From Escherichia phage UPEC06, in the sequence record MW250786: 64,000 nucleotides of DNA; one strand, given 5' to 3'. This document shows, piece after piece, positions 9,074 to 18,617 of the stretch. Numbering within the stretch: the stretch's first letter is position 1; every line of letters begins with the position of its first letter. The notes beneath the pieces were generated by a model. It did no database searches. It saw only the letters and a program-made list of their open reading frames with translations, and was not told the origin of the DNA. Made by a program: the position numbers and the translations under genes.

Positions 9074-9269
9074 TATACCACCCTCCAAAAGTCATAAATG
9101 CTTGATCAACCATATCTTTCCACTCAGGGTAGAGAGCACAAATCATGATGTAGACCTCTTCATCAATGTCTTCACACTCCTCCATTTCCAAATACTCTAC
9201 CACAGGTATGGGCAGAAGGCAATTTATTTCTTTACCCCTGAATTTCAGACCCTTAACTAATTTTAGCAT
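9054..9269 (-). CDS. hypothetical protein
   Basis: ATG at 9269 with an AAGGA RBS. Confidence 0.5.
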   Translation of the reverse strand: MLKLVKGLKFRGKEINCLLPIPVVEYLEMEECEDIDEEVYIMICALYPEWKDMVDQAFMTFGGWYNESSDR

Positions 9270-9270
9270 A

Positions 9271-9510
9271 TCAATCCTTAATCACGTAGAATCCTGATTC
9301 GTTCATCAGGACAAAGGACTTGCCGAAGAAATCCTTACGATTATCCAAAACAAGGTAGAATCTTCGCTCAGACGAGAGGTGATGTGGGTCAGCCATATAG
9401 CTTACCCTCGCCGTCATGCCCTTATTCTTTCCTCTTGTGATCCTTACCCTTGTACCATTCTCATATTTAATATCCACCGAACCTCCATCGCAACTCTTTA
9501 TGAATCTCAT
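9271..9510 (-). CDS. hypothetical protein
   Basis: 79-aa ORF. Confidence 0.45.
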   Translation of the reverse strand: MRFIKSCDGGSVDIKYENGTRVRITRGKNKGMTARVSYMADPHHLSSERRFYLVLDNRKDFFGKSFVLMNESGFYVIKD

Positions 9511-9970
9511 CCAACCCTGGTTTCAGTTTTGGAAGATCTCTTATAAACTCAGGATAGAGGACATTAACGAAGTCAATCTCATCATCTGTGGGTTTTTGAA
9601 TATCTTCGAAATACTCGTCAAGATTGAATATCTGCCAATCCTTACACCCTGCCTTTCGGACACCCATGAAGATTTCATTGTTACAGGTGGCCATCCAGGA
9701 GATCCTAGATCCTTTACCATTCGCATTCGGCAATGTTGAAACACAGAAGCGTGGTACTTCCCGAACCTTAAAATCCTTGTCATAGTATCCGCGACCACGT
9801 TGAAATTTAAACTTGGTCTTTCCCACTCTTTGACTAATCTTCATGTCACGGCGAAAGCTGTGGTCAGAGGTATAGATGAGTTGACGAAGATACTGAGTAT
9901 GTCTGATCTTTTTCCAATTCCAATCTCGAATGAGTATTTCATAGACTTCCTTAAATGCTTCATACGCCAT
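9467..9970 (-). CDS. hypothetical protein
   Basis: Internal ATG at 9970 avoids overlap with the upstream gene. Confidence 0.5.
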   Translation of the reverse strand: MAYEAFKEVYEILIRDWNWKKIRHTQYLRQLIYTSDHSFRRDMKISQRVGKTKFKFQRGRGYYDKDFKVREVPRFCVSTLPNANGKGSRISWMATCNNEIFMGVRKAGCKDWQIFNLDEYFEDIQKPTDDEIDFVNVLYPEFIRDLPKLKPGLDEIHKELRWRFGGY

Positions 9971-10199
9971 CGGGGGATTCCTTATCGAGAGCACCAACAA
10001 TCTCAAACTTTGCTACGCCAAGGACAACCACATGACCTAGGGATTGTACGCCTGTCCACGGAGTACCATTCTTCTTAGATCGCTTACCAACCACATCGCA
10101 GAAATCATTCCGAAGTTCTGTTGCATCAAACAATTCACCTTTTGGAAAAACTTCTTTAAAATCAGCAATCACGTTCAGACATTTCAGTTTCATATTCAA
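9960..10199 (-). CDS. hypothetical protein
   Basis: 79-aa ORF. Confidence 0.45.
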   Translation of the reverse strand: MNMKLKCLNVIADFKEVFPKGELFDATELRNDFCDVVGKRSKKNGTPWTGVQSLGHVVVLGVAKFEIVGALDKESPDGV

Positions 10200-10536
10200 A
10201 CACCCCTCTCTCTAATCTTTGTTTGGCAAGTAACTCCCTCTGTGCTCTAAGCGGCATCCTGAAAAATATTACAACATTCTCCAAATCCGCTGCCCGTTTT
10301 TTAAGCCCTTTGGTAAATTTACCTTCCCGCTTAATTGCATCGTAGATACCTCTGTACTCCTCTTCGACAGAGTTATCTTCAAATATCCGGTTAGCGATCA
10401 TACTGTCGATCTCCATCCCGAGAGCTTCAAAGCCGTACCAGTCTACATGTTCTTCTGTAACGGGACCTCTCTCCTTGTACACTTGTCCCGTAACTTCGTT
10501 AATTACAATCGTCGTCATTTTCGTACCTTCTTGCAT
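10162..10536 (-). CDS. hypothetical protein (paralog of the adjacent gene; shared FFRMP motif)
   Basis: C-terminal FFRMPLRAQ and an MEIDSM..FEDNSVEEE segment resemble the neighbour. Confidence 0.5.
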   Translation of the reverse strand: MQEGTKMTTIVINEVTGQVYKERGPVTEEHVDWYGFEALGMEIDSMIANRIFEDNSVEEEYRGIYDAIKREGKFTKGLKKRAADLENVVIFFRMPLRAQRELLAKQRLERGVFEYETEMSERDC

Positions 10537-10813
10537 TATACGGCATCCTGAAGAAGTTTAGAAGGTTGTAGATAGCAGCAACCCTCTCTTTTATCTTTTC
10601 GTCTAAGAAGATATCAGGTCCCTTGCTACAAAGTTCAAAATCTATATCTTCCCACTCATCAACCACAGATCCGTCTTCAAAAACTCCCTTTTCATACATC
10701 ATCCTGATCTCCATCTCCATCCCCTTGAATATTGAAAAAGTAACATCCTCAGGATGAAGGTACTGCACGTTATCTATAAACAATCCCCTACGTGGGTATA
10801 TGACCATGTGCAA
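10499..10813 (-). CDS. hypothetical protein (paralog of the adjacent gene; shared FFRMP motif)
   Basis: C-terminal FFRMPYNAR and an MEIRMM..FEDGSVVDE segment. Confidence 0.5.
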   Translation of the reverse strand: MHMVIYPRRGLFIDNVQYLHPEDVTFSIFKGMEMEIRMMYEKGVFEDGSVVDEWEDIDFELCSKGPDIFLDEKIKERVAAIYNLLNFFRMPYNARRYENDDDCN

Positions 10814-10931
10814 AATAATCCTCCTATGTTCAATATAAGCCCCACAGAAGCGATTTTGACGAGGTTTTCTTAAGAGAATGATAAATCACCTTACCTCGTC
10901 GTAGACCTCGTTAGAATCGTTCTGAGGGCGT

Positions 10932-11186
10932 TTAAATCATGCCTAGCAAATTCATCTCTTTTAACAACCCTTCTTTAGTAGAGTTGAACAGAACTGGCTT
11001 ACCTTCTTCTGGCTCATTGAAGAAGATTTCATGAGTCTCATTATCTATCTTCTCCATCTCTTTTACTACTTCCCCTGACAAAAAGATATCACTACCTTTT
11101 AAACCAGGAAACATCAAAAGAATTGCGGTTTTCGCATCTGTTGCCCAACCCTGACCACCATCTAGACTGAATATCTTAATCATCAT
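10932..11186 (-). CDS. hypothetical protein
   Basis: Internal ATG at 11186 with a GGAGG RBS. Confidence 0.45.
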   Translation of the reverse strand: MMIKIFSLDGGQGWATDAKTAILLMFPGLKGSDIFLSGEVVKEMEKIDNETHEIFFNEPEEGKPVLFNSTKEGLLKEMNLLGMI

Positions 11187-11484
11187 TTTCCTCCAAATTA
11201 GCCAGTGCAGTTCTGACTTCAAGAAGAGTTGCCGACCTTGACTCGTTTCTTTCTGAGAAATCACGAATCATCATCTTGTACTTCATTTCTTCTTCAGCAC
11301 GGAGAATCTTCTGTTCGATCAACTTGTAAACTTTGCCCGCTCTTTCTGGAAACAACGCTGCAAAGAGATTCCAGTCTTCCAATCGACCTTCGTAAGACTC
11401 TCCAGAGGTAAAGTACCGATCTCTTTCGATGCTGTCAACAAAATAATAACCGAATTCACCATAACGCCAAGTTTCATTTTTCAT
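11176..11484 (-). CDS. hypothetical protein (paralog of 11646-11885)
   Basis: Shared motif ERDRYFTSGESYEGRLEDW versus ERDREEYFTSQTTEGRAEDW. Confidence 0.5.
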   Translation of the reverse strand: MKNETWRYGEFGYYFVDSIERDRYFTSGESYEGRLEDWNLFAALFPERAGKVYKLIEQKILRAEEEMKYKMMIRDFSERNESRSATLLEVRTALANLEENDD

Positions 11485-11642
11485 TTGATGTACCGAGCAG
11501 CAGCCGTACCGATAAGGAAGCCAGCAGGAACTGCGACAATAATAGCTTCAATCATTTTGAGATCTGCTGCAACACATGCTGCACCAACAACAACAGAACC
11601 CGCCCAGATAGCAATTACACGTTTCAAAAATTTGGTATTCAT
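11481..11642 (-). CDS. small membrane protein (53 aa), below the ORF-track length cutoff
   Basis: ATG at 11642 with a GGAGA RBS; hydrophobic segments; ATGA overlap with the downstream start. Confidence 0.4.
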   Translation of the reverse strand: MNTKFLKRVIAIWAGSVVVGAACVAADLKMIEAIIVAVPAGFLIGTAAARYIK

Positions 11643-11645
11643 TCG

Positions 11646-11885
11646 TTAGTCTCCTGATTTTGTTAAGTTTTCTTTTATTTTTACGTATTCGATTAAAGAT
11701 TTTGCGAGATCACCATCGATTTTCTCACAAACCATGAGTATCTCTCTTACCTTTTCGGGATGAACAGATTCATAGAATTTCCAATCCTCTGCTCTCCCTT
11801 CTGTGGTTTGGGAAGTGAAGTATTCTTCTCTATCCCGCTCCGGTAAGAGATAATATACAAGACTCAGCTTCCTCTCGTCAACCAT
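11646..11885 (-). CDS. hypothetical protein (paralog of 11176-11484)
   Basis: Shared YFTS..EGR.EDW motif. Confidence 0.5.
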   Translation of the reverse strand: MVDERKLSLVYYLLPERDREEYFTSQTTEGRAEDWKFYESVHPEKVREILMVCEKIDGDLAKSLIEYVKIKENLTKSGD

Positions 11886-11894
11886 TTTATCACC

Positions 11895-12266
11895 TTATTC
11901 GTAAAAAAGTTTATCAGCTTGTTCATTCAACCAACCTTGTCGAAAAGCCCCCTTGAGGACCTCTGCCCACTTTGGATTTGCAGCCTCTAAGAGAAGTATC
12001 TCTTCTTTCTCTATGTTCATAGGATCAGCAAAGAAATCTAAGATTTGCTCGTTGAAGACACCCTCTATCAAAATCCCTTTATATTTCAACGTCAAACGTT
12101 TTACCATAAAACCTTGAGATATTGCTCCCTCCCTATCAATTGTCGTAGTTGGGGGATTTGGAATAGGAAAACCCGTCATAGGTAATGGCGATGCACCTGT
12201 CTTCACAAAGGTATTCCCTCCGGTATTATTGAAGAAACCTTTCACATTTTTATCGTACAATGACAT
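11895..12266 (-). CDS. hypothetical protein
   Basis: 123-aa ORF. Confidence 0.5.
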   Translation of the reverse strand: MSLYDKNVKGFFNNTGGNTFVKTGASPLPMTGFPIPNPPTTTIDREGAISQGFMVKRLTLKYKGILIEGVFNEQILDFFADPMNIEKEEILLLEAANPKWAEVLKGAFRQGWLNEQADKLFYE

Positions 12267-12705
12267 TTTCTACCCTCTCTTGAATTTTTATCTCTGCCTC
12301 ATCTAAAGCTTCCCCCATTGCAAGGATATACCTTGAAATTTCAGGGAACAACGCTTCAAACATCTCTATCTCCTCTTCAAGTATATCCGTTGGATCGAGG
12401 AAATACTCTTCAAGGACTATTCGCTTTGTCCCGCTTTTGTTGCCATAAGTAACAAAAACGAAACGATCCGGTTTTCCAATGGAATCTTTGGAGGTTCTCC
12501 ATTGAAAAAGATGCCTGTTTGAACTTATGTTTATTCTTTTGTCAGCCTTGTCCAACGGGATTCTGAAACTTACGGATGCTGACATTCCTTCAGATTGGGT
12601 CCACTTCTCACTCCTCTTAAAAATGTTGTTACGGTATCTGTTTTTACCCAAGGCATTAAAAGTCCACTGCCTGCTCAATCTCTCGATTATCTCTTTAGTT
12701 TTCAA
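12250..12705 (-). CDS. hypothetical protein
   Basis: 151-aa ORF. Confidence 0.5.
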   Translation of the reverse strand: MKTKEIIERLSRQWTFNALGKNRYRNNIFKRSEKWTQSEGMSASVSFRIPLDKADKRINISSNRHLFQWRTSKDSIGKPDRFVFVTYGNKSGTKRIVLEEYFLDPTDILEEEIEMFEALFPEISRYILAMGEALDEAEIKIQERVENVIVR

Positions 12706-13253
12706 AATGGTATGTCCTCGTCAACAATAAATTTTATAGCATTCTTTACAGCAGCTTTGTTCAGATGTTGAACACGCTGGAAGAACATTGGGTTCAAGTC
12801 AAGAAGAATATCATCATCCCCATACAACGCCGTGAAAAGATCGAGTTCTTCATCTGTCGGGTGGGACGGGTTTTCAAACAAGTCCTCAAACACAACCTGG
12901 GCCTCATTTCTTTTAGCTAATGTGGTTGAGTCACGATAGATATTTAATACCGTGTACACATCATCTACGCTCAGGATTTTGACACATTCCAGTTCTCCTG
13001 TGTTTCCATCAAGATACAAAGTTATTGCAGGAGTTGACCAATTTGATTCAGATATCGCATAAACGTAGATGCTTTTGCGATTACCAACTGCAACAGACTC
13101 TTCAATTTTCTTTTCTGCTGCCTTAAAGAAAGGCTGGTGCTTGATCCAATGATCCCAACCAATCCAACGAGCACCTTTACCATACGCATTCAGTACATGA
13201 TTTTCAATGTTACGTTTACTCATTAAAACCCCCAAAAAAGAAAAGCCAGCCAC
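12702..13253 (-). CDS. hypothetical protein
   Basis: 183-aa ORF. Confidence 0.5.
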   Translation of the reverse strand: MAGFSFLGVLMSKRNIENHVLNAYGKGARWIGWDHWIKHQPFFKAAEKKIEESVAVGNRKSIYVYAISESNWSTPAITLYLDGNTGELECVKILSVDDVYTVLNIYRDSTTLAKRNEAQVVFEDLFENPSHPTDEELDLFTALYGDDDILLDLNPMFFQRVQHLNKAAVKNAIKFIVDEDIPF

Positions 13254-13275
13254 CTTTCGGTGACTGGCCTGAAGT
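13243..13275 (-). terminator. Putative intrinsic terminator
   Basis: Hairpin gccagccacc-tttc-ggtgactggc (one G-U pair) followed by a U-run on the minus transcript. Confidence 0.5.
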
Positions 13276-13742
13276 TAGCTATTAATCACCACGAATGCAG
13301 TAACTATAGCATACAGAAATCCAATTGCAACAAAAATTATCATAATGGGGTCAGAGGTTACTCGCTTAAGTTTTCCTACGAAAGTTGATCTGTATTTGTG
13401 TTCCTTCTCCATCTTGTTTATCAAAATGATGAAAGAGTTGACATGAATATCTTCAGCGTTCTCTGCAAAGGGTGTGTACTTGAACGTACCTTCTGTGTTT
13501 GCAATAAAGCTGCGATGATACTTTTTACCGTCATAACTTTCTATAAGAAGACCATCCTTTGTCACCCGATAACTGACTGAACGGAACTTGTCATAAAAAA
13601 CGTATGCCCTGAATCCATCCTGATCGGGAACAGCCCTTCTGACGTAACCGTCAAAAAACTCCAATCTCTTTCCAGAATTCAGTTCCAAATTGTCAGCTAA
13701 CATAGGGAGTTGACTTACATATGTAAAGTACATAATGATCAC
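13275..13742 (-). CDS. hypothetical protein with a C-terminal TM segment
   Basis: 155-aa ORF; C-terminal IMIIFVAIGFLYAIVTAFVVI. Confidence 0.5.
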   Translation of the reverse strand: MIIMYFTYVSQLPMLADNLELNSGKRLEFFDGYVRRAVPDQDGFRAYVFYDKFRSVSYRVTKDGLLIESYDGKKYHRSFIANTEGTFKYTPFAENAEDIHVNSFIILINKMEKEHKYRSTFVGKLKRVTSDPIMIIFVAIGFLYAIVTAFVVINS

Positions 13743-13934
13743 CCTTCCACTAAGCTGAAATCATTTTATCATATTATGAAAAAATACAACAGCGAAGATC
13801 GGTCATGAACACTATGTTGTTAATTTTTACAACAAGACTTCAAAAAAGTATTTAAATCACTTAAATCGATTTTAATACATAGAAAATACCTATGGACCAG
13901 ATCTGACCCATAGGCTGTACCTTAATGTGAAATT

Positions 13935-14513
13935 TTATTCATTTCCCCGATATTTTTGAATCGCGATCGAAGTCCTTGGTTCAGCCAGGCCAGTTCCGTA
14001 TGCATACCATTTACCAGTGAGTGTTTTTCGAGCACCGTAGGACCCAATCTCCATATCGTCACAATAAACATCGTAACCGATCGGAGTCTTAACTAAAAAG
14101 AGTACGTCACGAGGAATCCCTAAGAGGGTAAACATCGATATGGCATCTTTTGCGATCTCGTGAGAAATCTTCTCTGCATTCTTTTTACTACTGGCACTTC
14201 TAAACAGTTCCATCTTTAAGAAGATATTGAAATGAATATCATCAAGAACCATCTCATCACGAAAGCATGGAGTCACAGCCATCCAACTGCCATCTTCCAA
14301 CTTCCCCTCTTTGTCGAGTTGAAGGAATGATTGCTCTGCGGAAGCCACTGCATATTTCCCGTTCTGGACAATGCGAAGATCAGTAACATCTTCAGGGCAT
14401 GTATGATCCATAGCATCATCATCCACATAGCTTGGGACAACCTTATCATTGAAACCTTTACATTTCCACCAACTATGGGCATCAATAAACAATGTGAAGT
14501 CAATGTTTGACAT
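13935..14513 (-). CDS. hypothetical protein with class II aaRS-like motifs (tentative)
   Basis: FRDE (motif-2-like) and GTGLAEPR (motif-3-like) about 100 aa apart; ATG at 14513. Confidence 0.45.
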   Translation of the reverse strand: MSNIDFTLFIDAHSWWKCKGFNDKVVPSYVDDDAMDHTCPEDVTDLRIVQNGKYAVASAEQSFLQLDKEGKLEDGSWMAVTPCFRDEMVLDDIHFNIFLKMELFRSASSKKNAEKISHEIAKDAISMFTLLGIPRDVLFLVKTPIGYDVYCDDMEIGSYGARKTLTGKWYAYGTGLAEPRTSIAIQKYRGNE

Positions 14514-14514
14514 T

Positions 14515-15018
14515 TTAGCCTCGCTTACCATTCTGGAATGCACGTTTAGTGATTTTTGACATAACCATCAGGTCTTCCAGTGAAGTGCTCGGATGATGCT
14601 TATTCAGGTAGGCTTCCATAGCACCGACCAGATCAGAAAGCTCTACCAACTCCATGATCTTGCATTTTTGTTTGGCTGCATCCTTAAGTTCATCAAGTTC
14701 TTCTTGAATCTTAGTGATCTCTCCAAGTTCTCCACGAGGGAAAGTATCCAGATGATAGCCAGGTTTTTGTTCTTCGATCTCTTCATGTCCGACAACACGA
14801 AATTTTCCAGCAGCTAAACGCCAAACACCTTCGAAATACACAATGTATTCTAAAGACTCCACAATAAAGATGGTATCGAAATTTTTAAATTTAAAAAATC
14901 CTTCGACAAGATTGTCCTCTGTACTGAAACTTCCGAAGAAGTTGAGTTCTTGCTCCGTATGAAATTCGATAACCTTATTTTCGTTATGGAGTTTCGTCAG
15001 TAATTTTAAAATTTTCAT
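14515..15018 (-). CDS. protein with a C-terminal MazG-like NTP pyrophosphohydrolase domain (tentative)
   Basis: EITKIQEELDELKDAAK...ELVELSDLVGAMEAYL pattern typical of all-alpha MazG/HisE; ATG at 15018 with an AGGAGAGGA RBS. Confidence 0.4.
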   Translation of the reverse strand: MKILKLLTKLHNENKVIEFHTEQELNFFGSFSTEDNLVEGFFKFKNFDTIFIVESLEYIVYFEGVWRLAAGKFRVVGHEEIEEQKPGYHLDTFPRGELGEITKIQEELDELKDAAKQKCKIMELVELSDLVGAMEAYLNKHHPSTSLEDLMVMSKITKRAFQNGKRG

Positions 15019-15031
15019 TTTTCCTCTCCTC

Positions 15032-15520
15032 TTATGGGCAACACCGTGGAGATCTCCCACAAAAGAATTGCCAATTGGTTTCTGAATCTTTGTAATTTAC
15101 AAATCCTATCCTTCCGCACCCTTGTCCACTACAAACAGCCTCACGAGGATGATAGTCTATGCTACAAGAGTGTGGATGGTCAAATGCTTCTCGTATTTCA
15201 ACACACAATCGGCTTAACCAATCGAACATTTTTGGCATAGAAGCCTCAAGAAGTTTAAGTTCATCGATCGTAGGTTTATCTTTCTCAAGGAAGAAGTCGT
15301 CTATCTCCGAAAACAAAATAACGTTTTGAACTATCCCGTCAGTTACCTTGTAAGAGAACTCATCAGTAAGTCTCACAGTAACTTCCTCTATCAGTTCTTT
15401 TTCATTATCCTGGTCTTTTGCCAACCTTTCTTCAATCCACCGGATAACGAAGAATCTTTCTCGCTGAACATCCATGTTCAGAGTATTAATTATTTTTTCA
15501 TAGATTAGGTTTCCTTCCAT
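15032..15520 (-). CDS. hypothetical protein (Cys-rich C-terminus)
   Basis: 162-aa ORF. Confidence 0.45.
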   Translation of the reverse strand: MEGNLIYEKIINTLNMDVQRERFFVIRWIEERLAKDQDNEKELIEEVTVRLTDEFSYKVTDGIVQNVILFSEIDDFFLEKDKPTIDELKLLEASMPKMFDWLSRLCVEIREAFDHPHSCSIDYHPREAVCSGQGCGRIGFVNYKDSETNWQFFCGRSPRCCP

Positions 15521-16632
15521 ACCTTGTCTTGTGCCTCCAGAATAAGTTTTTCAACAATCTTCAGGTCTGTCTTCTTAGGTAAGCCCGATTGCTTATAAAG
15601 AACACTTGTAATCATTTTATCCTTTTCTTCAGCCCATTCAACAATTTCTTCATAACGGTATTCACCATTTCGGATCGCAAGAAGTTCTTCAGCGTCTGGT
15701 CGATTCACTAAAACTTTACCTTCCATAAGGATTTCTTCACCCATGCGGAGAAGTCGAACCAAGTGCATAGCATGTTTAGTGTCGTATCCGAACTTCTCTT
15801 CCAGTTCATGACGCTTCTCGTTACGATTCTTAACCCACTCCCAATAATTGTGGTGGCGTTCCTTTGCCCATCTATGATCGTCAGCACAATACTTAACAAT
15901 CATCAGGGTCTTGCCCCTTTTAACTTCCTCGGGGATTTCTTCGTAATCTAACTTACGGATGGAACCATCTTTGTTAAACATAGGTTGAACATTTTCACTA
16001 CGATCCTCTACAACGCCGTAAATGTTACCACCATAAGGAACCAAAGTACAGAAGCCTTCCATGTTTTTAAGCTTACGAACAAAGTCCTCATACTTCAACT
16101 CACCTTCTCCGAGATAGCTCTGCACCAGACGGAAATAGTCAAATTGAGTTGGTGGCTCTTTTGGTTGCGGATTATTAATGTGTTTGTTGTGACCCTTGAT
16201 CCGCTTTAACTGAGACATTGCATAACCACTGAAGCGAAATGCAACTTCACGAGACAGTAAGGAGTAGAAATGTTCTTTCATCTCTTTCCAAGCTTCGTAC
16301 TCGTACAATGTGGCTTTCGGATCAGTAAAACCCAGTTCAATGATATTTGGGTTCATCTTCGAAAACAGTTGAAGGAAAGTTCCCAATTCGTAGATCTTGG
16401 CATCCTCTTCACCAGGGATGTTTAATTCAGTAACCTCTTTGAATGGGGTACGAACCACATTTGGGGTTGCAACAAAAACCCCACGGATATCAATATCACT
16501 ACCTTCGTTATTCGTACCATACGCATGAGATCCTGCCAGACTCAACATCAGTACCTTCGCTACGTCTGGATGCTTTTCCATCTTCTCTACGATACTTTTT
16601 ACCTTTCCAGCACTCACAACTGAATTTTCCAT
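15505..16632 (-). CDS. Pol-beta superfamily nucleotidyltransferase, substrate unknown
   Basis: N-terminal GSHAYGTNNEGSDIDIRGVF matches the GS-x(9-13)-DxD NTase signature. Confidence 0.6.
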   Translation of the reverse strand: MENSVVSAGKVKSIVEKMEKHPDVAKVLMLSLAGSHAYGTNNEGSDIDIRGVFVATPNVVRTPFKEVTELNIPGEEDAKIYELGTFLQLFSKMNPNIIELGFTDPKATLYEYEAWKEMKEHFYSLLSREVAFRFSGYAMSQLKRIKGHNKHINNPQPKEPPTQFDYFRLVQSYLGEGELKYEDFVRKLKNMEGFCTLVPYGGNIYGVVEDRSENVQPMFNKDGSIRKLDYEEIPEEVKRGKTLMIVKYCADDHRWAKERHHNYWEWVKNRNEKRHELEEKFGYDTKHAMHLVRLLRMGEEILMEGKVLVNRPDAEELLAIRNGEYRYEEIVEWAEEKDKMITSVLYKQSGLPKKTDLKIVEKLILEAQDKVWKET

Positions 16633-16722
16633 TTATCCTCCAATCATGTAAGTCACACAAGCCAACCCAGTTGGCCTGTTTAATCTTTATAAAGTTTACG
16701 CAGCTTGTGCAATCTTTTTTAT

Positions 16723-17118
16723 TTATAGGCATTTCACACCATAAATGATCATCAACACAACAAGTGTCAACGTATAAAAGAAGCTCCCGTAAAGTCCATA
16801 ACTGGTAATTTTAAGTTTTTTCTTAAAGCACATCATTGTACTATAAATTACACCAGTCCAGTGAATCACTAAAATCGCGGTGGCAATATCTGAAACATTA
16901 CCCGCCCAAAGCATCAGAGAGTATGAGAGGTACATTGCAAAACCTGATAGCAAGAATGTAAACAAATAACCAATTACACTTTTCTTTTTCTGATCTACGA
17001 TTTTATTTTTCATGGTATCGATGTTCAGATTGTAATAGGCAACTGCCACTATCTGGATAATCAGCCCCAAGATAAAGAAAGAGATCAGTGTAACGTATTC
17101 AAAAATTGGTGCAGTCAT
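16723..17118 (-). CDS. multi-pass membrane protein
   Basis: 131 aa with about 4 hydrophobic helices. Confidence 0.5.
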   Translation of the reverse strand: MTAPIFEYVTLISFFILGLIIQIVAVAYYNLNIDTMKNKIVDQKKKSVIGYLFTFLLSGFAMYLSYSLMLWAGNVSDIATAILVIHWTGVIYSTMMCFKKKLKITSYGLYGSFFYTLTLVVLMIIYGVKCL

Positions 17119-17516
17119 TATAATTTCTCCTCAATAATTTCAGAAATGAGATTCGAGATCTCGAAAGTTTCTAACTCTTCGACGTGTGACAAGCGCTGGA
17201 GGCGCTCGATAACAAAGTCTTTCTTCACAAACATATCCGACAGATGCTCAATGTCCTGCTTACCACGCATTCCGCTAACCAACTGCTTGTATCGGATGAG
17301 TTCAATATACTCTTCTTTGGGCATTACTGTCAAGCGTTCATCTGCACAAATATGCAAAAATACTTGCTTGCTGTCCCAGTCGAACCCATTGTGCACTGCT
17401 TCTACTTCACGGTGAGGTGTCCCGCCAATTGTTACATGACCAACCTCAACAGGGATAGATACCTGATCATCAGGTCGGCACTGCTGCAACTCCTCAATCA
17501 ATTCAGATACTTTCAT
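17118..17516 (-). CDS. hypothetical protein
   Basis: 132-aa ORF. Confidence 0.5.
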   Translation of the reverse strand: MKVSELIEELQQCRPDDQVSIPVEVGHVTIGGTPHREVEAVHNGFDWDSKQVFLHICADERLTVMPKEEYIELIRYKQLVSGMRGKQDIEHLSDMFVKKDFVIERLQRLSHVEELETFEISNLISEIIEEKL

Positions 17517-17518
17517 AG

Positions 17519-17974
17519 TTACCCCTGTTTAAGCTTAAAAGATTTAAAGGCTTCGATAAAGTCCATTTCTTTTTGCGTGTATTTGTGGTCAATTGTATCA
17601 GCGAAAAGAGGGCAACGACCATCAACCAACTTCACATCCCACAGATGTTGAGGGAGAATAAATGCAATGGCTGTAAGTGCACCATTCAAAGAATCATTCT
17701 CCTCGCAGAAAAATGCGTAAGGAATCTTCTCTATGTTTGGAGCTAAAAATCCTTCTGCAAAATTAAGCATCTTAGATTGATAGCCTCCGTTCAACAAGAT
17801 CATTGTTTGGTCTTTGCTTTGCCACTGATCTACAAGGTTGTATCTGTCATCATATCGATCGGCATAGGCAAAGCCATAATGACCTACAAGGTTTGCTGCT
17901 GCATGTGCTGCTTGGATACCTGCTTGGATTCCCATCATGTAGCTGTTTACCAATACGTACATCCGAGTTTTCAA
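17519..17974 (-). CDS. PTH2-like peptidyl-tRNA hydrolase fold protein (tentative)
   Basis: MGIQAGIQAAHAA resembles the PTH2 GK.AAQ..HA motif; NGALTAIAF resembles the second conserved segment. Confidence 0.4.
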   Translation of the reverse strand: MKTRMYVLVNSYMMGIQAGIQAAHAAANLVGHYGFAYADRYDDRYNLVDQWQSKDQTMILLNGGYQSKMLNFAEGFLAPNIEKIPYAFFCEENDSLNGALTAIAFILPQHLWDVKLVDGRCPLFADTIDHKYTQKEMDFIEAFKSFKLKQG

Positions 17975-18291
17975 TTCTTACCTCCGAAAATTCTTTTTGC
18001 AAATTTTTCATTACCTAACGTCATGTTGTAGAAAACTATAATTGAATAGACAATCCACGCAAGGACATAAAATAAAATCAAGAAAGGCCATCCCACAAAC
18101 CAAAACACTGTCATTATTAACCAGCCCGTCATAAGGAGTTTATAATTAACATTCCCGTGATTTAAAGGGTCAAGTAAGTTACTGTTCTCTGGCAGGGTGA
18201 TACGAAACCCACCTTGACGAAGCTTGATCAAAAAGAACCAAGCAGCAGAACTTATAATGCAACATAAAATATATATCAGTAATCCTGTCAT
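17971..18291 (-). CDS. membrane protein (tandem paralog 1; LIKLRQGGF motif)
   Basis: 106 aa, 3 hydrophobic helices; homologous to the adjacent gene. Confidence 0.55.
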   Translation of the reverse strand: MTGLLIYILCCIISSAAWFFLIKLRQGGFRITLPENSNLLDPLNHGNVNYKLLMTGWLIMTVFWFVGWPFLILFYVLAWIVYSIIVFYNMTLGNEKFAKRIFGGKN

Positions 18292-18617
18292 TTTTTAACT
18301 CCGAAGATCTTAGATAGTAATTTATCATTCCCGATAGTTACACCACAAAAACTTTTTACTCCGTATACTAGATACGACCCGATTGTAACACAGATAATGA
18401 TCGGATAAACAAGATACCAAAAGAATGTTGCAAGTATCCACCCTGCCATCACCATACGTAAATTTACATTTTCGTTATTCAGTGGTTCCAGGATATAAAT
18501 ATCCTCACAATCTTTTGGGAAGGGGATATTGAACCCCTTCTGCCGTAATTTAATCAATAAGAACCAAAGTGGACAACTGATCAAACAACCTATTAAATAA
18601 CCTTCAACCATTTTCAC
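18288..18617 (-). CDS. membrane protein (tandem paralog 2; LIKLRQKGF motif)
   Basis: 109 aa; homologous to the adjacent gene. Confidence 0.55.
   Translation of the reverse strand: MKMVEGYLIGCLISCPLWFLLIKLRQKGFNIPFPKDCEDIYILEPLNNENVNLRMVMAGWILATFFWYLVYPIIICVTIGSYLVYGVKSFCGVTIGNDKLLSKIFGVKK

Noticed and set aside
13893-13918. Inverted repeat cctatgg-N12-ccatagg centred on agatct as an operator
   Set aside because: Single occurrence downstream of a gene end; more simply a weak terminator or RNA stability hairpin, and not enough evidence for a protein-binding site.
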